Source of the DNA: Azolla caroliniana
Lineage: Eukaryota; Plantae; Polypodiophyta
Assembly: GCA_043228905.1 (NCBI GenBank)
Contig: JBHGNT010000016.1
Span: 17,298,001-17,362,000, forward strand
DNA length: 64,000 bases
Reading direction: 5' to 3'
Positions 49,421 to 61,600 of the stretch are shown piece after piece. Numbering within the stretch: position 1 is the first letter of the stretch; each line of letters opens with the position of its first letter. The notes under the pieces are model-generated. The model was not told the origin of the DNA and did not search any database. It saw only the letters and a program-made list of their open reading frames with translations. Position numbers and translations under genes: made by a program.

Positions 49421-50442
49421 GTGGTTCCCACCCGACTCACGCAACGATCCGGAGCCGAAAGCCACGACAGCGGAAAGCGAGGTTTTGGCATATCTGGATA
49501 TCCCGGATACGGCCCATGAGTTCAGCGCCCTCTTACAATTCGGAACTTCTTTTGAGCTCATGGAATTCCTGGCAACACAACAGGTAAAATCCTCCCAACG
49601 AATGGCCGAAGAGCATGCGGAACACCAGATGATCGAGCGTGCCCTAACACAAACGGCGGAGAGCGACGATGAGGACCGGTTAGCCAGGGTCGGCAGACAG
49701 AGGAACGCTGGGGTAAGCCGAGTGGGGATGGAGATACCCCCATTAAACACGGCACTAGTCGAAGTCCATAGGGAACTAGCAAAGGTCAGCACGGGTGCCA
49801 AGGAGATGCCCATTAAAAATAAGAATGTCTGGAAGAAGGTGAAACTAACCCAAGCCGAACTGCAAAAAGCCAACGAACGGATCACGGAGTTGGAAGCTAA
49901 CGTGACTACGGCACAACACGCAACTCTGCCACCAAACCACGCCATCGACACTTTAAAGGAAGAAATTGAGGCTCAGACCGCCATCGCCTCAAAAGCGAAA
50001 AGGGTCGTGCAACTAGTGGAATCAGAAATTGACCGCCTTCGAGCTGAACTACTCCAATCCTCAGACAGAGAAAAGGAGATACGGGCTAACGACCAGAAGG
50101 CAGTAAAAACCTTGGAAGAGAAACTCGCTACGGAGGTAGCTCAGCACATCCGGACAAAAGACGAAAACGCCCAATTACGGGAGGACACGAAGAAATCAGA
50201 GGCGGCAATCGCGGAACTCCGGGCCTTATTAGAGAAAAAGAAGGTATGGTTCGACGAGCAGCTGGTGGTCGAACAAGAAAGAAGGCATCAACTCAAAATC
50301 CGCCTAAACAATGAAATGGGGAAATTAGAAGAACAACATGCAAAGGAATCCCAGCTGTGGGCGGGCCTGAAGGCCACGTACGAAGAAGCGGCGGCAGTTA
50401 AACAACAAGAAATTGCAAACCTCTAGAAGTCGATGGAGGATG

Positions 50443-53400
50443 TGTTGGGATTTCGGTCCCTCCGGATGGGATGTCCGGAGATGAATGACGGCAAGCCCAG
50501 TTGCGGTTACGGAGCCGGATGACGAAGACCCTGGCTACGGAGCCGGATGACGAAGACCCTGGCTACGGAGCCGGATGATGAATACCCCGGCTACGGAGCC
50601 GGATGACGAAGACCCTGGCTACGGAGCCGGATGATGAATACCCCGGCTACGGAGCCGGATGACGAATGTACCCGGAGAGAGATCCGGATGCGGGGACATA
50701 TTTGTGAATATATTTGCCAAGAGCCCTTGAGGCTATATTTGTAAATAGCCCGAAAGTCATATGTGTATAAATATGACTTAGGGCAAACAGTTTGATGTTG
50801 TTGCTCACTTTCTGTTTTGACTGAGAGGAAGCGAAGTGAGAGCAGCCGAGAGAGAGAGAGAGAGAGAGAAAGAGGAAGGAAGAGGTCGACGCCTCTGTGT
50901 AATACCGCCGCCTGTGGCGAGGACAGCGAGCTCAAGGTAGTCGCCTTGCAGCTCGCCATTGTACATTCCCCGCGTATAGGGATAGTTGGAGTCTTGCACT
51001 CCCGTGGTTTTTTCCCATTTAGGGTTTTCCACGTAAAACATCCAGTGTACACTTCTCTCCATTGTTTTCGTGCATTCTTGTATTTCCCGCTTTCTGTGAA
51101 TCGAACCTGTTCCTCGGTTGTGGCCGAGCGCTGTTTTAGCAACAGTTGGTATCAGAGCGACGGTAACACAGAAAATGGAAGGCGGCGGTAGTGGGCCTCC
51201 GGGCATGATGGTGTTGAACTCACAGAACTACGCCGACTGGAAGATAAAGATGGAAGACCTTCTCATCGTCCGAGACCTGTATGAACCGATCGACAATGCC
51301 GAGATACCCAAGGGGGTAATAGAGTCGGAGTGGAAGCTCCTGAACCGGAAAGCCGTAGCGACAATCCGGCAATATGTCGATGTAAGCGTTCTACAACATG
51401 TGGCGAACGACACCAATGCATATGAGATGTGGAAGAAGCTGTCGGGCCTCTACGAGAGGAAGAATGCGTTGAACCGGACCTCCCTGATGAGGAAGATAGT
51501 GAACCTCAAGTACCGGGACGGCGAGAATATGGTGGAACACGTGAGCACGTTCATGGGATTCGTGAACCAGCTTGCGGCGATCAAGTTCCCGTTGGAGGAT
51601 GCAATGCAAGCCATCATTCTGATGTGTACATTGCCGGACAGCTGGGAGAACTTGGTGGTGACTCTCAGCACCTCCTGCACCGAAGATAACTTGTCCCTAC
51701 AAACGGTAAAGACAAGTATTTTGAACGAAGAAGCGCGTCGAAGAGATAAAGAACCGGCCTCCGACTCGAAGGCGTTGGTTACCGAATCGGAACGGGGAAG
51801 ACAATGGAACCGGAGTCCGCAAAGACGGGAGAAGTCGGGGACCCGGTCGCAGTCAAGAGGAAGACCCACATGCTTCCACTGTGGGAAGCCGGGGCACTTC
51901 CGGAAGAATTGTCGGCATTACCGAAAAGACAACGGAGCCGACGACACCGATTCGAAGAAGTCACCGGAGAGAAACGGTGCATACCGGGGAGCCACGGACC
52001 GGAGAGGTCCGGATCGGCGAGGGCAGGACCGGAAAGGAACGACGGCACTCGCGGCAAGTGAAGAGGAGATCATGCTCATCACCGAAGAAGGTGAACTAAA
52101 CACTGCCGGCGATGAGACGACCTGGGTGGTCGATTCTGGAGCGTCATTCCACCTGACCCCGGAGAGAAGATACTTCTCATCCTACACAGCCGGTGAACAT
52201 GGCTGCGTTCGGATGGGAAATGAAGGTACGTGCCGGATTGCCGGCATAGGAGACGTGTGGTTGACAACCCCGACCGGATGCAAAATGCTGCTGAAGGATG
52301 TCTGACACGTTCCGGAGGTTCGATTGAACCTGATTTTGGTCGGGAGGCTAGACGATGAAGGCTACACAGGTAGCATCCGGAACGGCGTAATGAAGTTCAG
52401 CAAGGGGAGCCTGATAGTGGCTCGGGCCCGGAAAGACAACACACTGTACCTAATGAATGCCCGGTTATGTCCGGAAGAGCTGAATGTGGCAGCCGACACT
52501 GCCGGTGAGCTGTGGCACAAGAGACTGTGCCACATGAGTGAGAAGGGGATGAAGAGGCTTGCAGAAGACAACGTTATTCCAGTGAAGCATGTGCACCTGG
52601 AGAGGTGCACCGATTGCCTGGCCGGTAAGCAGAACCGAACCTCCTTCCACTCAAGGCCACCGACGAGACGTAGCGCACCATTGGAGTTGGTGCACACTGA
52701 TGTGTGTCAGGTAGAAACGAAGTCACATGGCGGAGCCCAGTACTTCGTGACTTTCATTGATGATCACAGCCGGAAGCTGTGGACGGCACCGTTGAAGACA
52801 AAGGACCAAGTGTTGTCCGTCTTCAAAGAACTCCACGCGAGAGTGGAAAGAGAATCCGGCAAGAAGCTGAAAGCGATACGAGCGGATAACGGAGGTGAAT
52901 ACCGGGGGCAGTTCGCGGAGTACTGTCACTCGAAGGGAATCCGGCTCGAGTTTACTGTGCCGAAGACGCCGGAACTGAACGGGCTGGCCGAGAGGATGAA
53001 CCGGACCATAATGGAGAGGGTCCGGAGTATGCTGGCGCATGCGGAATTACCCAAGGGGTTTTGGGCTGAGGCGATGTCGACGGCGACATACGTGATAAAT
53101 AGATCACCCTCAGTACCTTTGGACGGAGACACGCCGCAGAGAGTGTGGACCGGTAGGGAAGTGTCCTACCGGCACCTGAAGGTGTTCGGGTGCCTCGCAT
53201 ATGTGCATGTGGCTAAGGACCGGAGAGGAAAGCTAGATCCAAAGACCCGGCCATGCATATTCCTCGGTTACGGCGATGACGAGTTCGGCTACCGAGTATG
53301 GGACCCGGTCGACAAGAAGATATTCCGGAGTCGTGATATCATCTTCATGGAGAACAAGACACTCGCCGACTGGGAGTCGGAGAAGAAGATGAAGAGCTCC

Positions 53401-55908
53401 AAGACGACCGGTGAGGATCAACTCTACGAGGAGCAGTCCCAACCGGCAAGGGACCGGTTAGCACTCGAGGATCCGGCCGAAGACGGTGAAGAAACAGAAC
53501 CGGCCGAAGAAGATGAAAATGATACCGGAACCGGCCCCGATCCCGAAATGGATTCGGATGAAGAAGAATCGGAAGAACCAGTTACCGAAGCTCCAGAACG
53601 GAGATATCCTCTAAGAGAGAGAAGGGCCCCCCGGAGATTTCCGGAACCAGAGCACGTGCTGCTAACCGACGAAGGGGAGCCGGAGAGCTTTGAAGAAGCA
53701 AAGCATGACACCCAGAGCCGCAGGTGGTTGAGTGCCATGCAGGACGAGATGGATTCCCTGCATGAGAACCACACATATGAACTTGTGGAGTTGCCGAAAG
53801 GAAAGCGGGCACTTCGAAACAAGTGTGTGTTCAAGCTGAAACCGGGAGATGCCGGAAACCCCCCGAGATACAAAGCCAGGATCGTGGTGAAGGGGTTCCA
53901 GCAGAAGAAGGGCGTCGACTTCGACGAGATATTTGCCCCGGTAGTGAAGATGACCTCCATCCGGACGGTGCTGAGCATAGCGGCAAGTATGGACCTCGAG
54001 GTAGAACAGATGGACGTGAAGACGGCATTCCTTCACGGTGACCTCGAAGAAGAGATCTACATGCAGCAACCGGAAGGATTCGAGAAGAAAGGGAAGGAGC
54101 ACCTGGTATGCCGGTTGAAGAAGAGCCTTTACGGACTGAAGCAGGCTCCCCGACAATGGTACCGGAAGTTCGACTCCTTCATGACCGACGAAGGGTACCA
54201 CAAAACGCAGTCTGATCACTGCGTGTTTGTGAAGAAGTTCGAAGGAGGAGACTCTCTAATACTCCTCCTGTACGTGGACGACATGTTGATCGTCGGACGG
54301 GACCAGGTCAAGATACGGATGCTGAAGAGGGCGCTTCACCGAACCTTCTCAATGAAGGACCTGGGTCCGGCGAGGCAAATACTGGGGATGCACATCATCC
54401 GGGACCGGAGGAAGAAGCAGTTGTGGCTGTCACAGGAAAAGTACGTGACAAAGGTGCTTCACCGGTTCAACATGACGGAAGCAAGACCGGTCGGGTCAAC
54501 CCTACCGGCAAACTGCAGGTTGTCCAGCAAGCAAAGCCCCAAGACAAAGGCTGAGAAGGAGGACATGATGAAAGTGCCATATGCCTCTGCCGTCGGAAGC
54601 TTGATGTACGCAATGGTGTGTACAAGACCGGACATTGGATATGCAGTTGGAGTGGTGAGCCGGTACATGAGCAATCCCGGCAAAGAGCACTGGAACGCGA
54701 TCAAGTGGATACTCCGATACCTGAAGGGCACGGCAAACGTGAGCCTCCGATTCGGCTCCGGTAAGCCCGAACTCGACGGCTTTACCGATTCGGATTTGTC
54801 GGCTGATGCAGATACTAGCCGGTCCACATCAGGGTATGTGATGACGTATGCAGGTGGAGCTGTTTCGTGGCAGTCGAGGCTGCAGAAGACGGTTGCGCTG
54901 TCAACCACGGAGGCGGAGTACATGGCGGCTGTTGAAGCCGGCAAGGAAATAATATGGATGAAGGACTTCATTAGAGAGCTCGGTATCCGGCAGGAGGAGT
55001 ACCGACTCTACTGCGACAGTCAGAGTGCCATCCACCTTGCGAAGAACGCGGCCTACCATTCCCGGACGAAACACATCCAGCATAGATACCACTGGATCCG
55101 GGAGAGGATAGAAGACGAGGAGTTCGTGCTGACGAAGATCCACACGGACGAGAACGGGTCGGATATGCTGACCAAGGTGCTCACACCCGACAAGCTGGAA
55201 GCATGCCGGAAGAGGATCGGGTTGGAGAGACATCCCATGCCGAAGTGAAGGGGGAGTTTGTTGGGATTTCGGTCCCTCCGGATGGGATGTCCGGAGATGA
55301 ATGACGGCAAGCCCGGTTGCGGTTACGGAGCCGGATGACGAAGACCCTGGCTACGGAGCCGGATGACGAAGACCCTGGCTACGGAGCCGGATGATGAATA
55401 CCCCGGCTACGGAGCCGGATGACGAATGTACCCGGAGAGAGATCCGGATGCGGGGACATATTTGTGAATATATTTGCCAAGAGCCCTTGAGGCTATATTT
55501 GTAAATAGCCCGAAAGTCATATGTGTATAAATATGACTTAGGGCAAACAGTTTGATGTTGTTGCTCACTTTCTGTTTTGACTGAGAGGAAGCGAAGTGAG
55601 AGCAGCCGAGAGAGAGTGAGAGAGAGAGAGAGAAAGAGGAAGGAAGAGGTCGACGCCTCTGTGTAATACCGCCGCCTGTGGCGAGGACAGCGAGCTCAAG
55701 GTAGTCGCCTTGCAGCTCGCCATTGTACATTCCCCGCGTATAGGGATAGTTGGAGTCTTGCACTCCCGTGGTTTTTTCCCATTTAGGGTTTTCCACGTAA
55801 AACATCCAGTGTACACTTCTCTCCATTGTTTTCGTGCATTCTTGTATTTCCCGCTTTCTGTGAATCGAACCTGTTCCTCGGTTGTGGCCGAGCGCTGTTT
55901 TAGCAACA
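50443..55908 (+). mobile_element. Young full-length Ty1/copia (Tnt1/Tork-like); family A copy 2
   Basis: Near-identical LTRs at 50443-51144 and 55259-55908; TSD GGATG; PBS TGGTATCAGAGC at 51147; PPT GAAGGGGGAG. Confidence 0.98.
51175..55248 (+). CDS. Copia gag-pol polyprotein, single frame with one in-frame TGA at 52303-52305
   Basis: ORFs 51118..52305 and 52324..55248 are in the same frame. CCHC, DSG, HHCC, DDE, YVDD and RH motifs are all intact. Confidence 0.85.
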
Positions 55909-57256
55909 GGATGCACGCAACCGTTGCCAGGCCATCACAGATAACGTGCGTATCCTTCTCCAAACAAATCGAGAGAGGTTCACAGCGCAATTGAAAATGG
56001 CGTTGGACAAAGGATGGATGGCATGGGCAACCCAAGCAGCGGAATTGCACGCGTACCGTGCGGACTGGGAGAACCGGCGAAAGGACGACCGAGGTTTCTA
56101 TAAACTAAATGAAGAGAGCATTGCGGCCGTACGAGAGGACCTAGCGCAAGACTATCGTGCGCTAGCGGACCAACACTCCGAAGAACTCGTGCAGCTCTTA
56201 GATGATTTTGGTGAAAGCTAGGAGGAGCTATTTCACCAGATCACACAAGCCGGCAACACGCGAACAAACGAGGAATCCAGCGCGACGCCAATTCCGGGCA
56301 CGGCCGAAGAAGAGGAACCTCATGCCCGATCACCAGAATTTACAACGATGGTGAACAGCGCGGACCGACGAGTGGAGTCCCCCACAGTACCACACAACTA
56401 AACCACTGCCCAAGAGGAGGTTCATCCGCACGAACCCACGCTATCATCGGACCACACGGAGAACGGTGCGGGCCAGGCGGAATCGCCGCCCCACTCCCCG
56501 GAACGTACAAAGACGGCCGACACCACGGAGGAAGTAACGATTGAGACAAAGCCGTGGCCGACTACAAGCACGACGACGGCGGAGCCCAACCCACTAGCTC
56601 AAGAAGAGCCCCACGTACCCGGACCGCCCACACACGACAACTGCGACACCGGGATAAACCGGTCCAACCAAACAAGGGAGCCACACCACGATGCACCTAC
56701 GGGCCCTACAGCCTCCGGACACGGACACCGCAGCAGAGCCAAACATCCGGGCCATTTTGGAAGAGGATTAACAGGATGGGTCTGACGTGCCAGGGCACTG
56801 TCCCACAGGCGTGCCAGGTGTTGTCCGCCGGAATAGTAACCGACGGACAAGAGCATAGGAATAACAAATAATATAAGATCATAACGCATGTAACAGTTCA
56901 CGTAGGAAGCGTGAACGGTTAGATAGCCCCTGCGTATATAAAGGCCATAAAACCTTGGATAGAGAGAGCGTGTAAGTTTGGGAATGTAAAGAAACGTATC
57001 ATAATAAAATTCCATCTTCCCTGAAAGTCTGTGTATAGCTACGGCTAATCCACTGTGTGTCTGGAATACATGAGCGTGTAAGAATGTAAGTGTAACCTTT
57101 GATAAGGAGTCAGTTGTAGTTGTCTCCCTTATACGCTGATAGGTTACAACGAACATTCCCCTACGCATTATGCATAGACGCCTATTCGTTGTTCCACAAC
57201 CACTTGGAGGTCTAGGTCGAAGGACGGACTCGGGACCGTGTTTCTAATCGGCAACA

Positions 57257-58165
57257 CTTGGTTGCAGCAAGTTGATTCACATACCCCATGAATGTGTTGA
57301 TGTGTTCAACAATGCTCTCCCCATCTCTATCTGTATTTCAGCCGTACGATCTTTCGCATCAATGAGGTTTTATTGAGGGCATTCTTCCTCTCGTACGGAC
57401 TTGATAACTTCTGCCACATCTCGTGGGCATTCATGTCGTTCACCACATGCTGAAGAACACTTACATCGACGCATTGTTGGATGGTGGCCACCGCCTTTCT
57501 GTTAAGAAGTTTCCACTCCAACTCTAATACCCCCGGGGTCCTCCATCTTTATCTTCTAATCTGCATAGTTTTGAGAGTTTAGAACTATCATTCCTGGGAA
57601 GCCACTCACACCTCCTTCCATGCTTGCTCCTCAAAGCTCTGATACCAGTTTGTTGAGATCTGATCGTTAATCCTCAAGAGACAAATGCATTGAAATACAT
57701 GACACCTTCGTACAAATGACAATGCACACCTATTTAACGTGGAAACCCTAAAACGGGAGAAAAACCACGGGAGAACAGAATACTCTACTATTGAGTGTAT
57801 CAGCCACGCATGGCTCTTGGCTTCTGTTGTTGCATGCACAACTATGGTGCCACTCACTCTATAACTCTCTACATTCTTACTCTCTTCTTTTTCGTTCTCT
57901 CTCCTTTTCTTGAACAGAGTTTGCCCTAGATGCATTTATAGTAATACATCATATGGGCTATTTACAAATGTAACCCCTACTACACATAACTACTACTATT
58001 ATTATTATAACAATAATAATGATCAACCCTAAGTCAGTCGACTCTCTGTTGTCGACCCTTCGACTGTCGGCTCTCTCCGAAAAGTCGGCTGCTCCACCCA
58101 TGCCTTCAATTGTCCGCTCTCTCAGAACAGTCTACTCCTCCAACTGGAGGGACATATTCCCAACA
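57257..58165 (-). mobile_element. Copia 5' fragment: LTR 57651-58165, PBS 57636-57647, partial gag
   Basis: GCTCTGATACCA on the plus strand; gag EWKLLNRKAVATI..RKNALNKTSLMRKIV, closely similar to the gag at 51175. Confidence 0.9.
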
Positions 58166-58620
58166 AATACATTCTACATTCATTCTCATCTCCACTCAAT
58201 TTTGTTGGCCTAAGATGTGTCCTAACATACATAGCTATGTGACTAAATGTCACCAATGTGAGGTTAACAAAGCTACATAACTTTTACATCCCTACATTCC
58301 CAATAGTAAGTGGGAAAGTATATCAATGGATTTTATTGTTAGCCTTCCTTGCACCCAAAAAGGCCATGATGCCATCTGGGTTGTGGTTGATAGACTATAA
58401 CTAAAATGGCCAGATTTATTGCTACTAAAACCATGGTAATAGTTCCTAAATTGGTTTACAAATTTGTTGACGAGTTATTTCGTTTTTATGGGTTACCGAT
58501 GGATATCGTGAGTGATCGAGATCCAAATTTTACTAGTGACTTCTGGACGCAAGTCTTTAAGAAGGTAGAAACTACGTTGAGCATGAGCTCCACGGCTCAT
58601 CCTCAGTCCTATGGACAGAC
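58166..58620 (+). mobile_element. Old gypsy integrase fragment
   Basis: [55 protein letters not shown]. Confidence 0.85.
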
Positions 58621-61600
58621 TGTTAATGTATCCAGTCACTATTTTGTCTTTTCTTTTTTAATAATATTTATTATTATTATTAGATAGTAATATAAAACAA
58701 AACGAAAGTTTTGTTTCTTTAGTAATTATTACCCTTACTTATGTTATGTTATGTTATGTTATGTAAGTTATGTTTTTTAGTGAGTAAAGAAAATAATAAT
58801 AATAATAATAAAGAGGAAAACAAAACAAAACGATTGTTTTTGTTTTGAGAGAGACAAAGAGAAGAGAGGGTGGAAAGGAGATATATATATATATGGGAAG
58901 AGGTGAGAACAAAGGATGAGTGTGAAGCATTGTGAAGCATAGAGAAGCATAGTCAAGCTCGGTGAAGCTTGGAGAAGCTTGGTGAAGCTTGGTGCTCAAC
59001 TCATCTACTTCCAATATCTTTTCCATCTCCGCTACTCAACATGGGATCTACACGGCTACTACTTCGACTTGTGGACGTTCTTATCCGGGTTTTCTTTTCT
59101 CTTCTTTTCTCTTATATACTTGAGAGATAATCTTATCCCTTTGGATTATTGTACCATCTTTGTCGGTAGTACTATGCTACATAACTCTACTTATTTCTAG
59201 TATATCTAGAAGTAGAATTTGTACTTGTGTTGTATCTCTTTGGTGATAGTGGATTGGTTTTGGACTTTTGTCCCGTGGTTGTTTCCCTCATTGAGGGTTT
59301 TTCCATGTTAAATCTTGTGTAATCTTTGTTGTGTCATTGTGTGTGTTTCTTGTGTTCCTTTTTCATTATAATCGAGCATAAAACGTGACGCATGTTACAC
59401 TCTTATGTGTCTATACCTCATCAAGTGGTATCAGAGCGGAGGTTCTATTTTTTTTGCTCGATTATAAATGGAGGCAAACACATCAACAATGGTTGTTTTA
59501 AATGGCATGAACTATCAAAAATGGAAAGGAAAAATGAAAGATTTGCTTTTCGTTAAAAATATGCATTTACCTATATTCGCAAAGATTATACCCAAAAAGA
59601 AAAATGATGAACAAGTATGTGGTTTCTTTCGTCAATGGGTAGGAGATAATGTCTTGAATCATGTTGTGAATGAAACAAATGCAAAGACTTTGTGGAATAA
59701 ATTAGAAACCTTATATGCTTCTAGAACCGGTAACAATAAGTTGTTTTTACTCAAACAAGTGATGCATTTGAGTTATAACGAAAATAAGTCGGTTTTAGAT
59801 CATTTAAATGAATTTCAAGGATGTTTTGATCAATTGTCTAGCATGGGTATAAACTCTGAAGAAGAAGTTCTTTCTTTATGGTTGCTAAATACTCTTCCCG
59901 AGTCATGGGAAACATTTAGGGTTACTCCAGCTAGTGCAGCTCCTAAGGGAGGTATGACAATGGAACTTGTGAAGAGTGGAATTCTAAATGAAGAAATGCG
60001 GCGAAGGACACAAGGAGCAACATCAAACATGGAAGCCTTCATTGCTAAAAATAGAGGAAGAAGCCAAAAGAGGAGTGATGACCGAAACAACAAAGGTAGA
60101 AGTAGAAGTAAGTCAAAGTCTAAATATAAAGATTTAGTTTGTCCTTTTTGTGGTAAGACAGGTCACATAAAGAAATATTGTTTCAAATGGAAGAAGGAAA
60201 ATAAAGTGTCCAACTACATGAAAGATAAGAAAAATGTGAATGACAATATCGATTCTATTAATGTTGCTTCCTCTAATGATTTACTTGTTGTATGTACAAG
60301 TTACAATGAAGTTAACATAAGTAGCCATGAAACCACTTGGGTTCTTTATAGTGGTGCCTCCCACCATGTTACGTCTAGAAGGGATTTTTTCTCATCTTAC
60401 ACTCCAGGTGACTATGGTGTTGTGAAGATGGGGAATGATGGATTTGCAAAGGTAGTCGGCACAGGAACCATTTGCTTGCAAACCAACACGGGATTCAAGT
60501 TGATTCTACATCAAGTACGACACGTGCCCGATATTAGATTGGATCTAATCTCCACAGGTACATTAGACGACGAGGCTATAACCATGCGTCTCAAAATTGT
60601 AAGGGTTCTTTGATTGTTGCGAAAGCAAATAAACGTTGTCACAATGGTTTATATCTTTTGCAAGCTTTTGTCTCTACTAACTTTATCAATGTAGTTGAAA
60701 ATCAAGATGTTTCAAAATTGTCCCATAAGAGATTGTCCCATATTAGCAAAAAAGAATGCCCTACCAGGTTTAAAAGATGTGAAGTTAGATACATGTGATC
60801 ATTGTTTGGCAGGGAAGGCTAAGAGGATTTCCTTTAAGCATTCTTCTCTTTGACAAAAAGGTATACTCGAGCTAGTGCATTCTGATGTGTGTGGACCCTT
60901 GAAGGTAAGGTCAATGGGTGGAGCACTTTATTTTGTTACTTTCATTGATGATCATTCTAGGAAGCTTTGGGTTCGAATGTTGAAATCAAAAGATCAAGTT
61001 TTTGATGTTTTTAATGAGTTTCACGTTTTTGTTAAGACAGAGACAAGGAAGAAACTGAAATGTATTCGCAGTGATAATGGTGGTGAATACTGTGGATCTT
61101 TTGATGCGTATTGTCGAGAGCAAGGTATCAAACATCAAAGAACCCCTCCTAAGACTCCCCAATTAAATGGTTTGGCCGAAAGAATGAATAGAACCCTAGT
61201 TGAAAGAGTTAGGTGCTTACTCTCAAATGCAAGGTTACCTAAATCATTTTGGGGTGAGGCTTTGAATATTGTTGCACATATCATTAATCTATCTCCTACT
61301 ACCGCATTGCAAGGTGATGTACCAAATAGAGTGTGGTATGGTAAAGCTATCTCCTATGATTACTTACGTGTGTTTGGGTGTAAGTGTTTTGTACATATAC
61401 CCAAGGATGAAAGATCGAAGTTAGATGCTAAATCTAAACAATGCATTTTTATTGGATATGGTCAAGATGATTTTGGTTATAGGTGTTACGATCCTGTGGG
61501 AAAGAAGCTTATTGGGAGTCGTGATGTAGTGTTCATCGAAGACCAAACCATTGAGGACATTGACAAGGCGGAAAGGTCAAGTACCTCTTCAGATGGTGAC

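Larger units (their letters stand above)
47712..56544 (+). pseudogene. Extra sense-strand ORF of the Athila-like element (segments ~47712-48815, 49424-50442, 55914-56544), coiled-coil rich, function unknown
   Basis: ORFs 47712..47999, 48036..48362, 49329..50426 and 55946..56221 lie between pol and the 3' LTR, separated by two insertions. The central part is heptad-rich in E/K/A/L. Confidence 0.65.
40321..57256 (+). mobile_element. Non-chromoviral Ty3/gypsy (Athila-like) with truncated 5' LTR, tandem array and extra 3' ORF; hosts two insertions
   Basis: The 5' LTR remnant 40321-40413 matches the 3' LTR end 57164-57256, and TGGCACGC PBS-like sequence follows. Gag has CCHC knuckles (41286-41905); PR VIDNGSG; RT FLDGFSGYNQ..FLDD; RH VDASD..TEREAL; IN HCG..GHY..CDLC, DFVGP, SDQG. 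No second (archaeal-type) RNase H is seen between RH and IN. The 3' LTR start (~56783) is uncertain. Confidence 0.88.

Noticed and set aside
49329-49423. Apparent signal peptide MGFTKFLSLFLIIYSLLASS on the 365-aa coiled-coil ORF (env-like)
   Set aside because: It is encoded by the CT-rich end of the 48814-49420 insertion with a GTG start, so it is a chance fusion.
52362-55310. Numerous antisense ORFs over copia pol
   Set aside because: These are expected shadows of GC-rich coding sequence.
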